This document shows positions 50,096 to 63,399 of a DNA stretch of 64,000 nucleotides, one piece after another. Positions within the stretch are counted from its first letter, which is position 1. The number at the start of each line of letters is the position of its first letter. Made by a program: the position numbers and the translations under genes. The stretch comes from Camelus ferus (taxonomy: Eukaryota): the NCBI RefSeq assembly GCF_009834535.1, contig NC_045697.1, positions 20,958,001 through 21,022,000 of the forward strand. Direction: 5' to 3'. The notes below the pieces were generated by a model. The model did not search any database. It was not told the DNA's origin and worked only from the letters and a program-made list of their open reading frames with translations.

Positions 50096-52311
50096 GAGGA
50101 AAAAAGATGAACTCTTTAATATATAATATTATATATATTATAATATACAATTATATATATAATGCATGATATGATCTCTTAATTTACAAAGTAGATACTA
50201 TTAGCCACAAATATCTCCAACTGTTTTCCCCTCTCTGTCTAAATTTACCTACCTTTCCCCTATATCAAGGGGAAAGTTGTCCCTATGACTATCTAGAGTT
50301 GGTTTAGGAAGCAAAATGCAAATACACTGCCTGCCCATTCCTTAAGGAAATGGCCTGTTTCTCCACCTCCACTGTATCTTGATTAACAGGATAGCAGCTC
50401 AGCCTCCCTATCTAGCAGCTTCAAACACACTACTTACTTCATCTTTCAAACATCACATTTCCCTCTATTACTTAATTATTAATTCAGTATCAACTGAATA
50501 AACTATATGCCATGAACTAAAACTCAGAATTTCTAAATGAATGAATGAGACAAAAATCTAGCATATGGACATAAAATATAGTTAAATAAAGGAAGACTAG
50601 AAGTTGCACTTTTGTTGTGTGTGTGTATTTTTTAAATGTGCACTGTAGTAGGTATTACGTTTTACTTCCTGAGAGCCTTTCTATCTAAAATGATTCATCT
50701 AAACCGTACTGTTAATGACAGCCCACTGATGTTGAATGATTCATGAATCACCACTGAATCTAGCTCTCACAAATGAGATAGGAGGATTCAGCTACTGGGT
50801 TGCTCTGGCAAAGTCTCAGTCCTAAGTGAGAGCCACAGAAGGGGATGATTTTTCTTGTTTCTTTGGTTATAATCACAACTCTCTCAGAATCTCTTATCAT
50901 GCAACTATAGAATTCTGTTTTTCAAGTATATATATAGCCATGATTGTTTACTTTAGGACATTTTGATACATCATTTGATTATATTTATATTATACAATTG
51001 ATCAAATATGATTATTTTCTTTAATATTTCTCTAATATCTTCATTATGCATCAATATGTAATAACATATATTTCCAAAGATAGATGTTAATATTCCATTG
51101 AGAGAGAGATCAGAATTAACTTTACCTTTCTTAATCCTTGTTGATTTTTATTACTATGTAAAATATCAAACATAAAAGCAATAAAATACCCTTTTTATCA
51201 TTAATTTATAAATATCCAAGATAAAGCTTTTTTAAACAAATTAGGAAGAAGTAGAAATAGAAAACTACAAGTTTTAAGATAGATTTTTAAATGTTTAATA
51301 TTTGAAAAAAGATATAATTACAAAAATGTTCCCAAATCATAAGAACTCAATTACCTACATAAATTTTGATTTTTCAAATAAACTGTTTAAAGACAAAACA
51401 TTATATCCTTGATCCTAGTTGCCAACATAATAAAATAAATTTACAATGAAAAATACTTTTTGATTTAAGCACTATGTTATATTAAAAGTGATAAACAGAA
51501 ATTTTACACCATGACAGTTTAGCTGTTCATTTCAAATGACAGTTTCATATCCAGTATCTTATCACAAAAATTAAGAACAAGTGAAATAGTGATATGGTCA
51601 AAAGTCACAATATTTCACATGTAGCTAATTAAAACTTTTAATAAATTGAACATCAAATTTAAAAATAAAATTATCTGCTATGGCAGAGTAAGATAGCTTA
51701 TAACTCCGTCTAAATAGAATAAGGTTAATAAAATTTATAATGCACTTAGGTATCTCATTTTATGTAAATTATTGATAATTTGCAAATTCACATATTAAAA
51801 GGTATGTATTTATCTTATTTTTATTTTCTGAACATGGCAAAAGACCAAATTTAGCATTTCACATTTCTAAAATTCTGGACATTATAAAGAACATACATAT
51901 ACATACATTTTTCTGTAAACTTTTCTAAATTCAAACACAACTGTGATTTCTCAAATCTACAAAGTGGATAATAGATTTCCATTAGTTGCTTGGTAACATG
52001 CTTTATGTTCTGCAACTGAATTTCATATTGATGTTTTATTTTTAAAGTTACCTGCATGAAATTGTTGAAAACCTGAGCAAGTATAGCTAAGGTCTCTGAA
52101 GGTTCTATGCTCCTGAAGTTTATTGTTTTGAAGAAAATTATTTATTACTGTTAAAAAATTGCTAATTTGCTAAATTGTTGCTAATTTCATTTTCCCAGTT
52201 ATAACCTATATACTCAAAAATTTAAATTTAATTAACTTATTACTTCAAATTATAGTAGTGAAAATTATATTCTAGTACTGAAACTTAATTCTATATTTAA
52301 AATATGGTTTT

Positions 52312-52442
52312 CCCACACACATATGTACACATATAATGTTAACATACATATATATGTGTAATTTTAATATGTGTATATCTACATACACACATGTATATAT
52401 GTACATGTTTGTAGATAGACATACACAAACATGTATATATGT
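52312..52442. repeat. Degenerate (CATA)n/(TA)n tract
   Basis: Visible directly. Confidence 0.75.
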
Positions 52443-53502
52443 AATGAGTAGTATTATCTCTTAATAGTATAATTTCAGGGATTCTAAAAATGATCTCTTT
52501 CCCTATAAAATCTCTTGATAAAATGCCTGGATCTCTACTATCAAAGCCGTAGTTCTTTCTGTTACAAATTTGTGTTTTAAAGACAAGAGCTCTAAAGTAA
52601 AAATACCAGCCTAAAAAGATGTCACTAATAGTTGGAATGGAATTCATCAGGTTACTTTTCTTTACAAATAGACAAGAATCAAGAAGAGTGTGAGATGGGG
52701 TGGGTTCATATTATGTTTCAAGTGTGAAGATATAGGTCTGCATAAAGCACAAGAATCAAGGGATTTAACGTTTCGGCTATAATTTGATATCAGCTGGACC
52801 TCTTGGTAGGTAAATCTAAAAACTGGAAAAAAAAGGAACAATAAGAGAAGTGAAAAAGCACCAAGGTTCCTGAGTTTTAACTTTCCTTTTCCATGTATTG
52901 GCATTAATACTTCACTACCTCCTGCTTTAGGGCTATTATGAGATTCTGTGTTTTACTGTTGAGAATAATTTGGGTAAAATATTTTTTGTATCAGTGGTCT
53001 ATAAAGCCCCATCTCTTTTCGTGCATTCAGTCCTAGCCTTCATCTGGTCCTTTATTAGCATTCCAACTTTGTTTCTACTGATGAGTGCCCAGCGACATAC
53101 ATGCCCCAGGTATTTTCACAATTATATTTGTCGTTGATATTGCCTGGCGCTGGCACCCTTTTGATTTTCATTTTTTGAAAAGGGGAAAGACTTCCTGCCA
53201 TTTCCTGAGTCCGAAACTCCCCTGCCTTTATTTTTTCCCCTCCCTAGCAGAATATTTAGAATATTTTCAGTCCTAGATCACATTTCTTTCCTTTCAAAGC
53301 CTTTGTGTTTCCATTTCCTTACTATGCAATCTTCTATTATCATGCCATCCTTGACCATATGGCAGTAAGACGTATATATATTTACACCTGCCACTCATTG
53401 TATGTGCCACTGTGGCAGGAATTTTGTCTTACTTTTAGCACCTTTAATACAAAAAGTAGAATAAACACATACTACTTTTAAATTTAAGAATCATACTTAG
53501 GC

Positions 53503-54150
53503 CACCATGGTTTCTTTTTTCTTTTTTTTTTTTGCCTGCCTGTTTGATCCTTTATTTTTTTTTAACATTTTTTATTGATTTATAATCATTTTACAATGTT
53601 GTGTCAAATTCCAGTGTTCAGCACAATTTTTCAGTCATACATGGACATATACACACTCATTGTCACATTTTTTTCTCTGTGAGTTATCATAACATTTTGT
53701 GTATATTTCCCTGTGCTATACAGTGTAATCTTGTTTATCTATTCTACATTTGGAAATCCCAGTCTATCCCTTCCCACCCTCCACCCCCCTGGCAACCACA
53801 AGTCTGTATTCTCTGTCTGTGAGTCTATTTCTGTCCTGTATTTACGCTTTGTTTTTGTTTGTTTGTTTGTGTTTGTTTTTTTTTTGTTTTTGTTTTTTAG
53901 ATTCCACATATGAGCGATCTCATATGGTATTTTTCTTTCTCTTTCTGGCTTACTTCACTTAGAATGACATTCTCCAGGAGCATCCATGTTGCTGCAAATG
54001 GCATTATGTTGTCGGTTTTATGGCTGAGTAGTATTCCATTGTATAAATATACCACATCTTCTTTATCCAGTCACCCCAATGTTCATAGCAGCACTATTTA
54101 CAATAGCCAAAACATGGAAACAACCTAAATGTCCATCACCATGGTTTCTT
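53503..54150 (-). mobile_element. Young 5'-truncated, 5'-inverted L1 (camelid-like 3' end) with TSD and short 3' transduction
   Basis: TSD caccatggtttctt at 53503-53516 and 54137-54150; antisense L1 53555-54073; sense-oriented segment 54072-54138; extra sequence 53534-53554 between two T tracts. Confidence 0.92.
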
Positions 54151-54499
54151 AAAATGCCCTATCTTCATAAGACACATTTATTCTTTTTTTAATCTGTTTA
54201 AGTTGTCAATCTTGGCCAAAACATGAATTGCCACTGATATGGCTCCTTGACAACTTTGTTCTGATTCTCATTTTTCCTATATGCAGGGAAGTCCCAATAA
54301 TTATTACTGTGCTACAAGAGTGTTCTAAATTTACATTCAAGTTTGTGAAGCATATAATCAGTGCAGACTACATGCTACCTGTTACAGAAAACAAAATAAC
54401 AATTTTTTGCACATTGCAAAGCAATTGTTCTTAAAAATATTACAATCCAGATTAGATCCAGCCGGAGGATGGGATATGCTTTCATGTTGCTGCCTAACG

Positions 54500-56160
54500 T
54501 CTTTTTGTTTCACCTTGAAAGACACCTGCTAGCATTTCTTGTAAGTCAAGGCTAGTGGCAAGGAACTCTCTCAGCTTTCGTTTATCTGAGAAAGTCTTTA
54601 TTTTTCTTTCAGTTTTGAAGAACACCTTTCTCTAGGTGTAGTATTCTTTCTTAGCAGGTGTTTGGTTTTTTTCCTTCTTTTTCTATTTTCAGCACTTTTG
54701 AATATCTTATACCACTTTTTTCTGGTCTGTAATGTTTTGACTGAAATAACCACTGATAATCTTATGGGAGCTTCCTTGTACGTGAGGAGTCATTATTCTC
54801 TTGCTGCTTTCAAGTTTCTCTTTTTGTTGTTCAATTTGGCAGTTCTGTGACAATGTGTCTCAGTGTGGGCCTCCTTGAATTTATCCTAGGTGAGGTCCTT
54901 CCGGCTTCTTGGATTTCTATTTCCTCCTTCAGATTTAGATTTGTGCCATTTTCAGCCACTCCTTTCTTCAAATAAGTTTTCTCTCTCTCTCTTTTCCTCT
55001 CTTCTCTGTCTGGGAATATATATATACATTTTGATGGCGTTTCATAGGTCCTCTAGTTGATCTCACTTTTCTTTCCTATTTTTTTCTTTTTCTCCCCTGC
55101 AAGTCAATAATTTCAAATGACTTGTCTTTGAGTTCACTGATTCTTCTTCTTGATCAAATCTATTATTGAATCCATCTAGTGATTTTTTTCAAGTCAGTTA
55201 CTAATTCTCAAGCTACAGAATTTCTGTCTGCTTCTTGTGTACAGTTTCTGCCTCTTTGTTGATATTTTCATTTTGTTCATGGATCATTTTCCTGACTTTA
55301 TTTAGTTGCCTACCTGTGCTGTTTTACAGTGCATTATGATTCTTTAAAACAAATATTTTGAATTCTTTGTCAGATGATTTGTAGACCTCTATTTCCTTAA
55401 GATCAGTTTCTGGAGATTTGCTTTTCTTTAATCGGGTCGCATTTTCTTATTTCTTTGTATGCCTTACAATACTTTGTTGTGATTTGTGCATTTAAAAAAA
55501 CAGCCACACTGTCAGTCTTTTTTCAGGCTTCATACAAGGAAAAACCTTCACCAATCAGCCTGGCTAGAGGTTCTTGTGGTCTCTCAAATCTTTCCTGTAA
55601 TTATGTCTTTTCTAGGTGTATGTATATAATTTCTCATTGAGAGAGATTTGCCAGTAGTTTTATTAAGTTTGTAGTCTCTTGCTTTCTTTGATGTCTGTCT
55701 GCAGTACTGCAGGTTTTCTGGCGCTGCTTTAAACCTGAGTTCTTTTTTTCTCAGCCACCCCCAGGTATCCAAAGAATGTGGTTTCCCATTACCATTAGGA
55801 GTCAAGTGAAACCGAAGCAAATCCCTCAAGGGGGCCACTGCAGAGTCAGAATGTTGCATGGCTGTTCCACTCTTCTTTTTCTCCCCCATGGAAGAGACCA
55901 CAAGTTGGGCTTCTCATCCTAACAGTGGGCTCAGCCAACTTGGTGAGCAAAATGACATAGTTGAAATAAAACAGTTTTCTTACTTATTCCCATGCCATTA
56001 TCCTTGGCTTTGAGCTTGCCTGGGTCACTGCATCTTCCTAATTGCTTCTAGAGTTCTCATAAAGGTTTTGTGGACCTTATATTGTTGTTGAATCAATGCT
56101 TCCATGGGGGAATGGTGTCTGAGGCTTCCTGTTTTACAGTCTTGCTGACATCACTCCAGG
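54500..56160 (-). mobile_element. Older L1 5' portion (ORF1 and 5' UTR)
   Basis: 'ctagcatttcttgtaagtcaaggctagtggcaaggaactctctcagctttcgtttatctgagaaagtctttatt', 'ttttctcttgctgctttcaag'-type ORF1 antisense motifs, end 'cttcctgttttacagtcttgctgacatcactcc'. Confidence 0.8.
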
Positions 56161-56799
56161 TATATGGGTTTTTATTTTAAATGAACATGTTTAGGATAGA
56201 GGGAAAATAATAAAGGTTTGTTTTCAGTTGCTAAGTTTTTGATACTTTGTTATACAGCAAAGGAAAATTATTATGATGTGTTTTAGCTAAATAGATTCTG
56301 TGTACAACCAGCTAAAATTATTTGCTTATATTTTGATTAAGAGTTTATCTTTCATAGACAGTTTTATATATTTGCAATATTAATATTTTATGTGTTATAC
56401 ATGATGTAAATTACTTATCCACTTGTCTTAATAATGGTAATTTTATACATATTTTCATTCATGTTGATATAATTGAGCAATTGATTCTCCATGATTTCTG
56501 TTCCTTTACTTATCTTAGAAAACCCCACAAGACCCAGAAAGTCTCTGTAAAAGAATCTCACAAGTGTAATGTTTATCAACAAAATAAAATGCAAAGCAGC
56601 ATGTATATAAAGTTCAAAAAGAGGAGGCCCTATTCTGTGTAAGAAATAAAAATATGGTGCCCTTTGGAGGGATAGTGACTGGGACAGGATGTAAGGGAGA
56701 GGCGCCAGTATACTCTAAGGGTTGATCCAGTGCCAGTTTTCCAGCAAACTGTACTCTGACAGTGCGTACTTTTCTAGATGTTCATTTTTAACAGCAATA

Positions 56800-57480
56800 A
56801 TTTATGCCTTCCTTTTGCCATGCAGTATACAATTGCATGACTAGATCACAAAACATTTCTCTTATTGACTGCTCGTAAGTATTTACGTTGTTTTGATCAT
56901 TAAAAACAGGGCTGTTATTAACAATTTTGTATTTTGCAGGCCAAGCCATGGAAGTATTTCTCCATTTATATAGCTAGTAGTTTAACTGCTAGGTCACAGG
57001 GTTTGTGTTTGTTCAGCTTTGAGGGATACTGGCAAAGACTTTTTGAATGTGGAAATACACACCTCAAACAGCAGTACAGAAGCACTCCAGATATTCCAAA
57101 TTTAACAAATAGTGTCAATCATTTTCATTTTAGCTATTGAGAAAATGGGTAAATAGTAGTATCCCATTGTGTTTTAATTTACATTTTCCTGATGAAATAT
57201 GAAGCTGAGTAGCTTTTAATTTCACATTTGTGTGTCATTGTGTGAAGTGCCTGTTCTTATTCACTGTCATAATCTATTGGATATTATTATCATTGTCATT
57301 GCTGTTGATTTGTGGAAGCTCTTTGTTATAAATATGAGTCTTTGTCAAAAACATTCATTGTAAATAACTTCTGCCACCCTAGAACTTGCCTTTTTCACTC
57401 TTCATAGTAACTTCTGATGAATAGAAGTTCTTACTTTAGTCCAATGAATAATTATTTTTCCTTTTGTACTTTATGTCATA
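56800..57480 (-). mobile_element. L1ME-type fragment
   Basis: 'gttcagctttgagggatactggcaaagacttttt', 'gtagtatcccattgtgttttaatttacattttcctgatg', 'ttctgatgaatagaagttctta'. Confidence 0.7.
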
Positions 57481-57534
57481 CATTTAACTCACTTTGAATA
57501 GTGACATATTTTTACTGTTTAATTAGGTCTTTGG

Positions 57535-57795
57535 AAAAAAGCATAATACTATTGTATCAAGAGCAAGGGCACAGGGGTTTTGACCATGTAGATATGAATC
57601 CTAGTTTTACTACTTGTTAGCTGTATTACTTTGGGGAGGTTATTTAACCTTTCAGCATTTGAATTTTCTTATTTTAAAAAAGAACATGAGATACCTCAAA
57701 GAATAGTCATGAGAATTAAATAAAATAATCTATGTGAAAGACATGAAACAATGCTCAGCACATAGAAAAACTACACAATAAATTTTAACTATTAG
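57535..57795 (+). mobile_element. Near full-length MIR
   Basis: 'tatgaatcctagttttactacttgttagctgtattactttggggaggttatttaacctttcagc...catgagaattaaataaaataatctatgtgaaag...caataaattttaactatt'. Confidence 0.85.
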
Positions 57796-58334
57796 GTATA
57801 ACTTAAATGAATTCCATATCTGTAGAGTAATACGTAATACAGAAATTAGTATTAGTTGTCAAAAAATCAGACTTTCTGACTTAGTTTTTAACAGTCATAT
57901 TATGTTAAAACTCTTGTTTATTGGAGAAATTATAGATGATGCATGAGGAAAATACATTTATTCATCAGAGCACTGAGCTTCCAGCAACAGAACCTGGCTC
58001 TGGATAATTTCAGCAGAAGTGGAATTCATTAAATGGATTTTGCTGAGTTTATGTCATTGTTGGTATACCTAAAAACCCTGGTAAAGAACTACACTGTCAG
58101 AAATAACAGCCAACATCATCCTTCAGAATGTTCTGGTGAGGACTCTACTGACATCAGCCCTACCTCCAAACACAAGATTTGCGTCTTGCTCGATGTCAGT
58201 GCCTTAGAAAACCGAGTCTTGCCACACCTGCTGCTAATTTTGGTGAGAAAATATTCTTCCACAGGACCTGCTTCTTTGGATTACTTACTTCCAAATATCT
58301 GTTACTCTTTCTCTCTGTTTCTTCTCACTTCAGT

Positions 58335-58689
58335 GCGCTAAAGCCAGCTGAAACATTGTGAGCCATCCCATGGAGAGTCCCATGTTGCAAGGAACTATAG
58401 ACAGCTTTTGCCCAGAGGGTCGAAGGTCCTCAGTTCAACAACCTGTGAGGAATCTTGAATCCTGCTAAATCCATGTGGACTACATGAGATGTGGATCCTT
58501 CCCAAGTTGAGCCTTGTGATGATTGCAGCCCCAGCTGACAACTTGATTACAGTCTCATGAGAGATACTGAGCCACAAGAGCCAAATTTTCAATGACCAAG
58601 TTCTCAACCTACAGAAACTTGGAGATCATAATTTTTTAAGCCTCTAGGTTCTGTGTTAATTTTTTATACAGCAATTGAGTACTAACACA
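58335..58689 (+). mobile_element. MLT1F-like LTR, 3' portion
   Basis: 'gccatcccatggagagtcccatgttgcaaggaact', 'gattgcagccccagctgacaacttgattacagtctcatgagagatactgagcc', 'ttttaagcctctaggtt...tacagcaat'. Confidence 0.8.
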
Positions 58690-60151
58690 ATGTCTACCAA
58701 TATTTTGACTATTATTTTCTGACCATTAGTATTAAAGTTATTAAAAATAATTTTAAAAAACCCATTTTAATCAGAATCCAATTAACCAGGATACTCAAAT
58801 AAGTGGATTGTTTTTTTCTCCAGACTATTATATCCTATAATGCTATATTGAGGGAAAAAAAGTCAGGATAAACATTCTTGTATTAGTGCTAAGTGCTATT
58901 CATGTATATAAACATTACAATTTGATATAAAAAAGATGAACCTTGACTCTTGAGAGTCTGTTATACCAATTAAAGAGTAAATTTATGGTAACAAAGTCAC
59001 ACATTTCTTGGGTAATGAAAAATGTTAGTAAATGTGTTCTAAATTAATGGAAGACTCACTTTCCCCAAAATAACCATTTTTAAGGCAAAAAAGGAGATAC
59101 TTAAATTACAAAATGATGATCAAAATTAGGAGGCAAATAAAGTAGTTTTTGTTTTTAAGTAAAGTTTATCCTTCCCTTAACTATTCTAATTAATCCCATC
59201 AAAATTCACTTAAGTCATCCAGACAAAATAATTTGGTTACTACAATCAATCCATAAATTCTGCTATTTATATAATTTTAAACTTTTGTGTGTGTGTGTTT
59301 TTTTTTTTTTTTTTAGAATTAGTACATTTTCATATAAGAATTCGAAAGAAGTAAACCTAACCACATGGGATAAAAACATTCACCAAAAATGGCTACTATA
59401 TTTTGTGCTTTAAAAAAAATTTTTAACAGTCTTTCAATTATTTTTGCATTATTTTCTTTCAATATAAAATGATAACCTTAGACAGGAGACAAAGGAAATT
59501 AATGTTCAAAAGTAATACTTTCTACCTCTAATACTAAAAATGACATTTATGAAATTTGAGTTAATTTTTCAGCTCTCAGAAATAATAAAATCCCAAGTAA
59601 TATCATCAAAGCAGTGCTAACAGTACTCACTGATATGCAGGATAAGCTGGCATAAAGTCTATTAAGACATGACTTACTAAGAAAAAAGCTATTGATTAGT
59701 ATTAAAGTGCTTTTAACCTTACCTCCACAAATCAGAAAACATTTCTCCAATGTTTTTATTCTGTAGAAGAGTTTAGCTATTTTAAGTTGATGGTCTTTCG
59801 CATTTTTCAGACAAAAGGCCCTTGATAACTAACCAATACCTCAAAACATTAACAGAAATATTAATAAAACAATGCATTTTAAGTTAGTATAGCCTAAATC
59901 CAACACCTTTTGCAAAATAACCATTTAAAATGCATCCAATTTGACACGGTTCTTATGTTTGACATTGAGATAGTTAATTTTGTTATTAATTTATAGAATC
60001 AAGGGGTTTGCATAAAAACTGAGATTAATTTATTTACTATTAAAAGCTCCTCATTTATATGATATAATTTGGTGATACATGTTGAGGTAAAGAGGAATAG
60101 TGCTTGGCTTGTAGGCTTAAAGATCTCACTCTAAGTCTATACAGTTCGCAT

Positions 60152-60656
60152 TGTGGTAGTCAGCCTCCAAGATGGCCTCAGTGATTCTCAACTGCTGGTA
60201 TTCATGCCTCGTACAATCCCCTACAACACTGAATAAATGTGTCAATAAGCCACTGTGAATATGGCAATGCTAGGTCATGAGACATTTCACCTTGCTTTTG
60301 GCAATCACTTGCTCCAGGAAAAACTAGCTGCCGTGTTGTGAGGCCACTAAAGCAGCCCTAAAGGTAGATCTGCATGGCAAAGTTGTGAGGCCTCTTGGTA
60401 ACTTCCAGTAAGAAATGGAAGCCTTACTAGCAACCTTATGAATGAGCCATTTAGAAGGTCCCCCAGCCACAGTTAAGACTTCAGCCCCACCTGGCATCTT
60501 AGCGTCAACCTCATGATAGATCTCCCAACAAGGACTAATCACTTATGCTGACCCTAAATTCCTGACCTACATAAAATTTGTGACATAATACATAGTATAC
60601 TTGGATTAAGCCTCTAGGTTTTGGTGGTAATTTGTCATGCAGCAATAAATAACATA
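60152..60656 (+). mobile_element. MLT1F-like solo LTR
   Basis: tgtggtagtcagcctccaagatggcctcagtgattctc...gtaatttgtcatgcagcaataaataacata; 5-bp TSD cgcat/cgcac. Confidence 0.88.
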
Positions 60657-60752
60657 CGCACAGAATTGCATGTACAAAAAAAGAGATACTGGTATTAGAT
60701 ACTAACATAAATGTGTTTATGTATATATGTATGCCTGTGGATGAATGGAAAA

Positions 60753-60754
<2 letters not shown>

Positions 60755-60792
<38 letters not shown>
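60755..60792. repeat. (AT)n microsatellite
   Basis: Visible directly. Confidence 0.95.
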
Positions 60793-60796
<4 letters not shown>

Positions 60797-62647
60797 AACA
60801 ATGCCAGGAGAGCACATAAAGAAGATGTGTGAAGTGAGCATATCCTATTTTCAAAAAATTAATTAGTGTGTGATATGAATTTTCAAAGAAATAATTGGCA
60901 CAATAAGTTCCTCTCACACACAACATCATGCCAAAGACTGTTAAACATGGATTCTTGCCCAGTGATGCACAGCAGGATAAAAATTAGAGGATGTATAACC
61001 AGGTGTCTCCAGGTCTGTCCACCATTGCTATCAACCAAAACGTTCCAAATGGGTCCTCTCAGACTGTTTGCATTAATGAATAGGTGATGTCTAAAACCAT
61101 ATGGGATTCTGCACTTGCCTTAATTAAAATTAATTGTCCCATGAATGATTAATGCTTAGTGTGAAGTTTTCATAGTTTCTATATTACTGAGATACCAAAC
61201 AATGGAACTCATCTACATTATATGTTACTCTTTCAATCCCATTAAAAACGTAATTAATTACTGCATCTGTTTTCTTTTACTAAATATGACTAGTGGCTCA
61301 TTTTTAAGCATTAAATATTTGCTGCAGAAATTTACCTGAAGAAATTTCTTGATTCTCTAGTAATTTAAATTTTGCTTGGAATCATGAATATTAGTTATAT
61401 GATACCATAGATAATTCTAGAATGGATTGGCTTGCTTTAACTGTCAGTAAGAAAGCATATGTAATTCTTTGATGAATTTTGAAAATTAAGAAATAAAAGA
61501 TATAAAGTACACATAAACATTTCTGCAAAGCAATGCTTTTCAAATATATTTAATCTTTTTTTGCTGTTGTATAAACTTGGTAAATTATCATTTCTATGTT
61601 TTCCTTATAAAATAATCATTTTCAAAAAATATTTACTGTTATGCTCAAGAAGTTGTGCCTTCCTAATTAGCAGATTTATACTAAAAAGTTTTCACTCTAG
61701 GAAAGGTACCATAACAATCATCTACTCTTACAAAATGATGTACAGAATTACAAAGGAGTTTCATGATAGAGCCTGGACTGGGTTTTATTTCCCTTGAGAG
61801 ACATGGCCTCCTTATCATGTAGCAATAGTGGCCATTAACACTTACAAAATAGTAATTGGTTCTAGGACTTAAACTTTTGGTCAATTAGTGGAAAATGTCT
61901 TTTTAAAACATATTTTAAATGAAGTGTATTATTTAAGTAAACTAGTCAAATATATCACTTTGGTTCATCAGTTTATTGCTCTCAAACTCAGACAATCAAT
62001 TTAGATTATAGCTCATTTATAAGAAAGTTAATGAGATCACAATTAGTCTTTATCTGAGCATGTTAATTTTGTACACATACAAACTCAGCCCCCATCACCC
62101 ATTTTTACCAATGTATACCAATGTTCATGAGCAAAATGTGTATCTGTGAAGAGACAACACATAGCCCATAATCTTTTAAGTGAAACCCACATATGCTTTA
62201 AAAGGATGGGTCAGTAACTTAAGAAAGAATTGACACAATTTCTAATGTATCTTGTGCTTTTTGTTCTAATTTCTCTTAAAATAATTTAATTTACAAAGTA
62301 AAATAATTTACAAAAATAAAATAGTTGTATATGGTTTGTAATTATTAAAAGTAGTACCTGCTCCCTAACCTCACCATTCCCACTCTTTAGAAGCATGCAT
62401 TTTTAACTCATTTAGCTAATTTGTCATCTTCACATTTCTGAATGAATTGCTTCTATTCCAAATATTCTCAAATTTAGATATTCCTTATTAAAAAATACTT
62501 TGTCTCCTATGCTTCCCTTCCCTCCAAATTACAAACTTATACAAAAATACTCCTCTCTATATTCCTCTCAAGAATTTTACATACAAAACTTTAGTCAAAT
62601 CAATAGTCAGTGTTCACATTATTCTGATGATTCAACTAACTATTCTT

Positions 62648-63324
62648 TGTTGCTGGCAGAATCAATTCTAAAGATGTTCCCCCAAGATTCCTTTCCTTTG
62701 GTTATTCAATAACACACTAATCTAGCTACTGCTGTGAAGTGATTTTGCAGACAAAAAATTAAAGTTGTTAATCAGCTGACCTTAAAAGCAAGGAAATTAT
62801 ACTGCATTATTTGGATAGCAGCAAGTAAGTACATGATATTTTAAAATCAGAAGGGGAAGGCAGAAGGCTTACTCAAAGAGACGTAGCAGAAAGGAAGGCA
62901 GAATAAATGAGACAGAAGTGAAGGTCAGAGAAATTTAAAGTGTGAGAAGGACTCAACTCACCATTACTGGCTTGACCAAAAGAGGATGAGGAGCCAAGGA
63001 ATGCAGATGGTCTCAAGAAGACGAAAAGAGGACCTATAAAAAGCCCAACAAGGAAATAGGACCTCAGTCTTAAGACCAGCAGAGAACTAAGTTCTACCAA
63101 CAACCAGAGTGAACCTGGAAGCTAATTTCCCCCAACATCCTCCAGGTTAAGTGCTCAGACAAGCCAACAACTTGACTTGAGCCCAGAAAGATCCTAAACA
63201 GATTATTAGGGCCCCATCCTAGTCCAAGCACTCTATTTGCAGAACTGTGATATAATAAATGGGTGTTGTCTTGAGTTGGTAAGTTTGTGGTTATGTGTTA
63301 CAGCAGCAATAGAAATCTGATACA
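62648..63324 (+). mobile_element. MLT1E-like solo LTR
   Basis: 'tgttgctggcagaatcaattctaaagatgttcccccaagattcc...gttattcaataacacactaatctagctactgctgtgaagtgattttgcaga...cagcagcaatagaaatctgataca'. Confidence 0.88.
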
Positions 63325-63399
63325 TTTATCATTGAGATATATAATATAATATGATTACTCTTCACTTACTAAACCTTCTAAACTCAGATCAGCCCCAAG

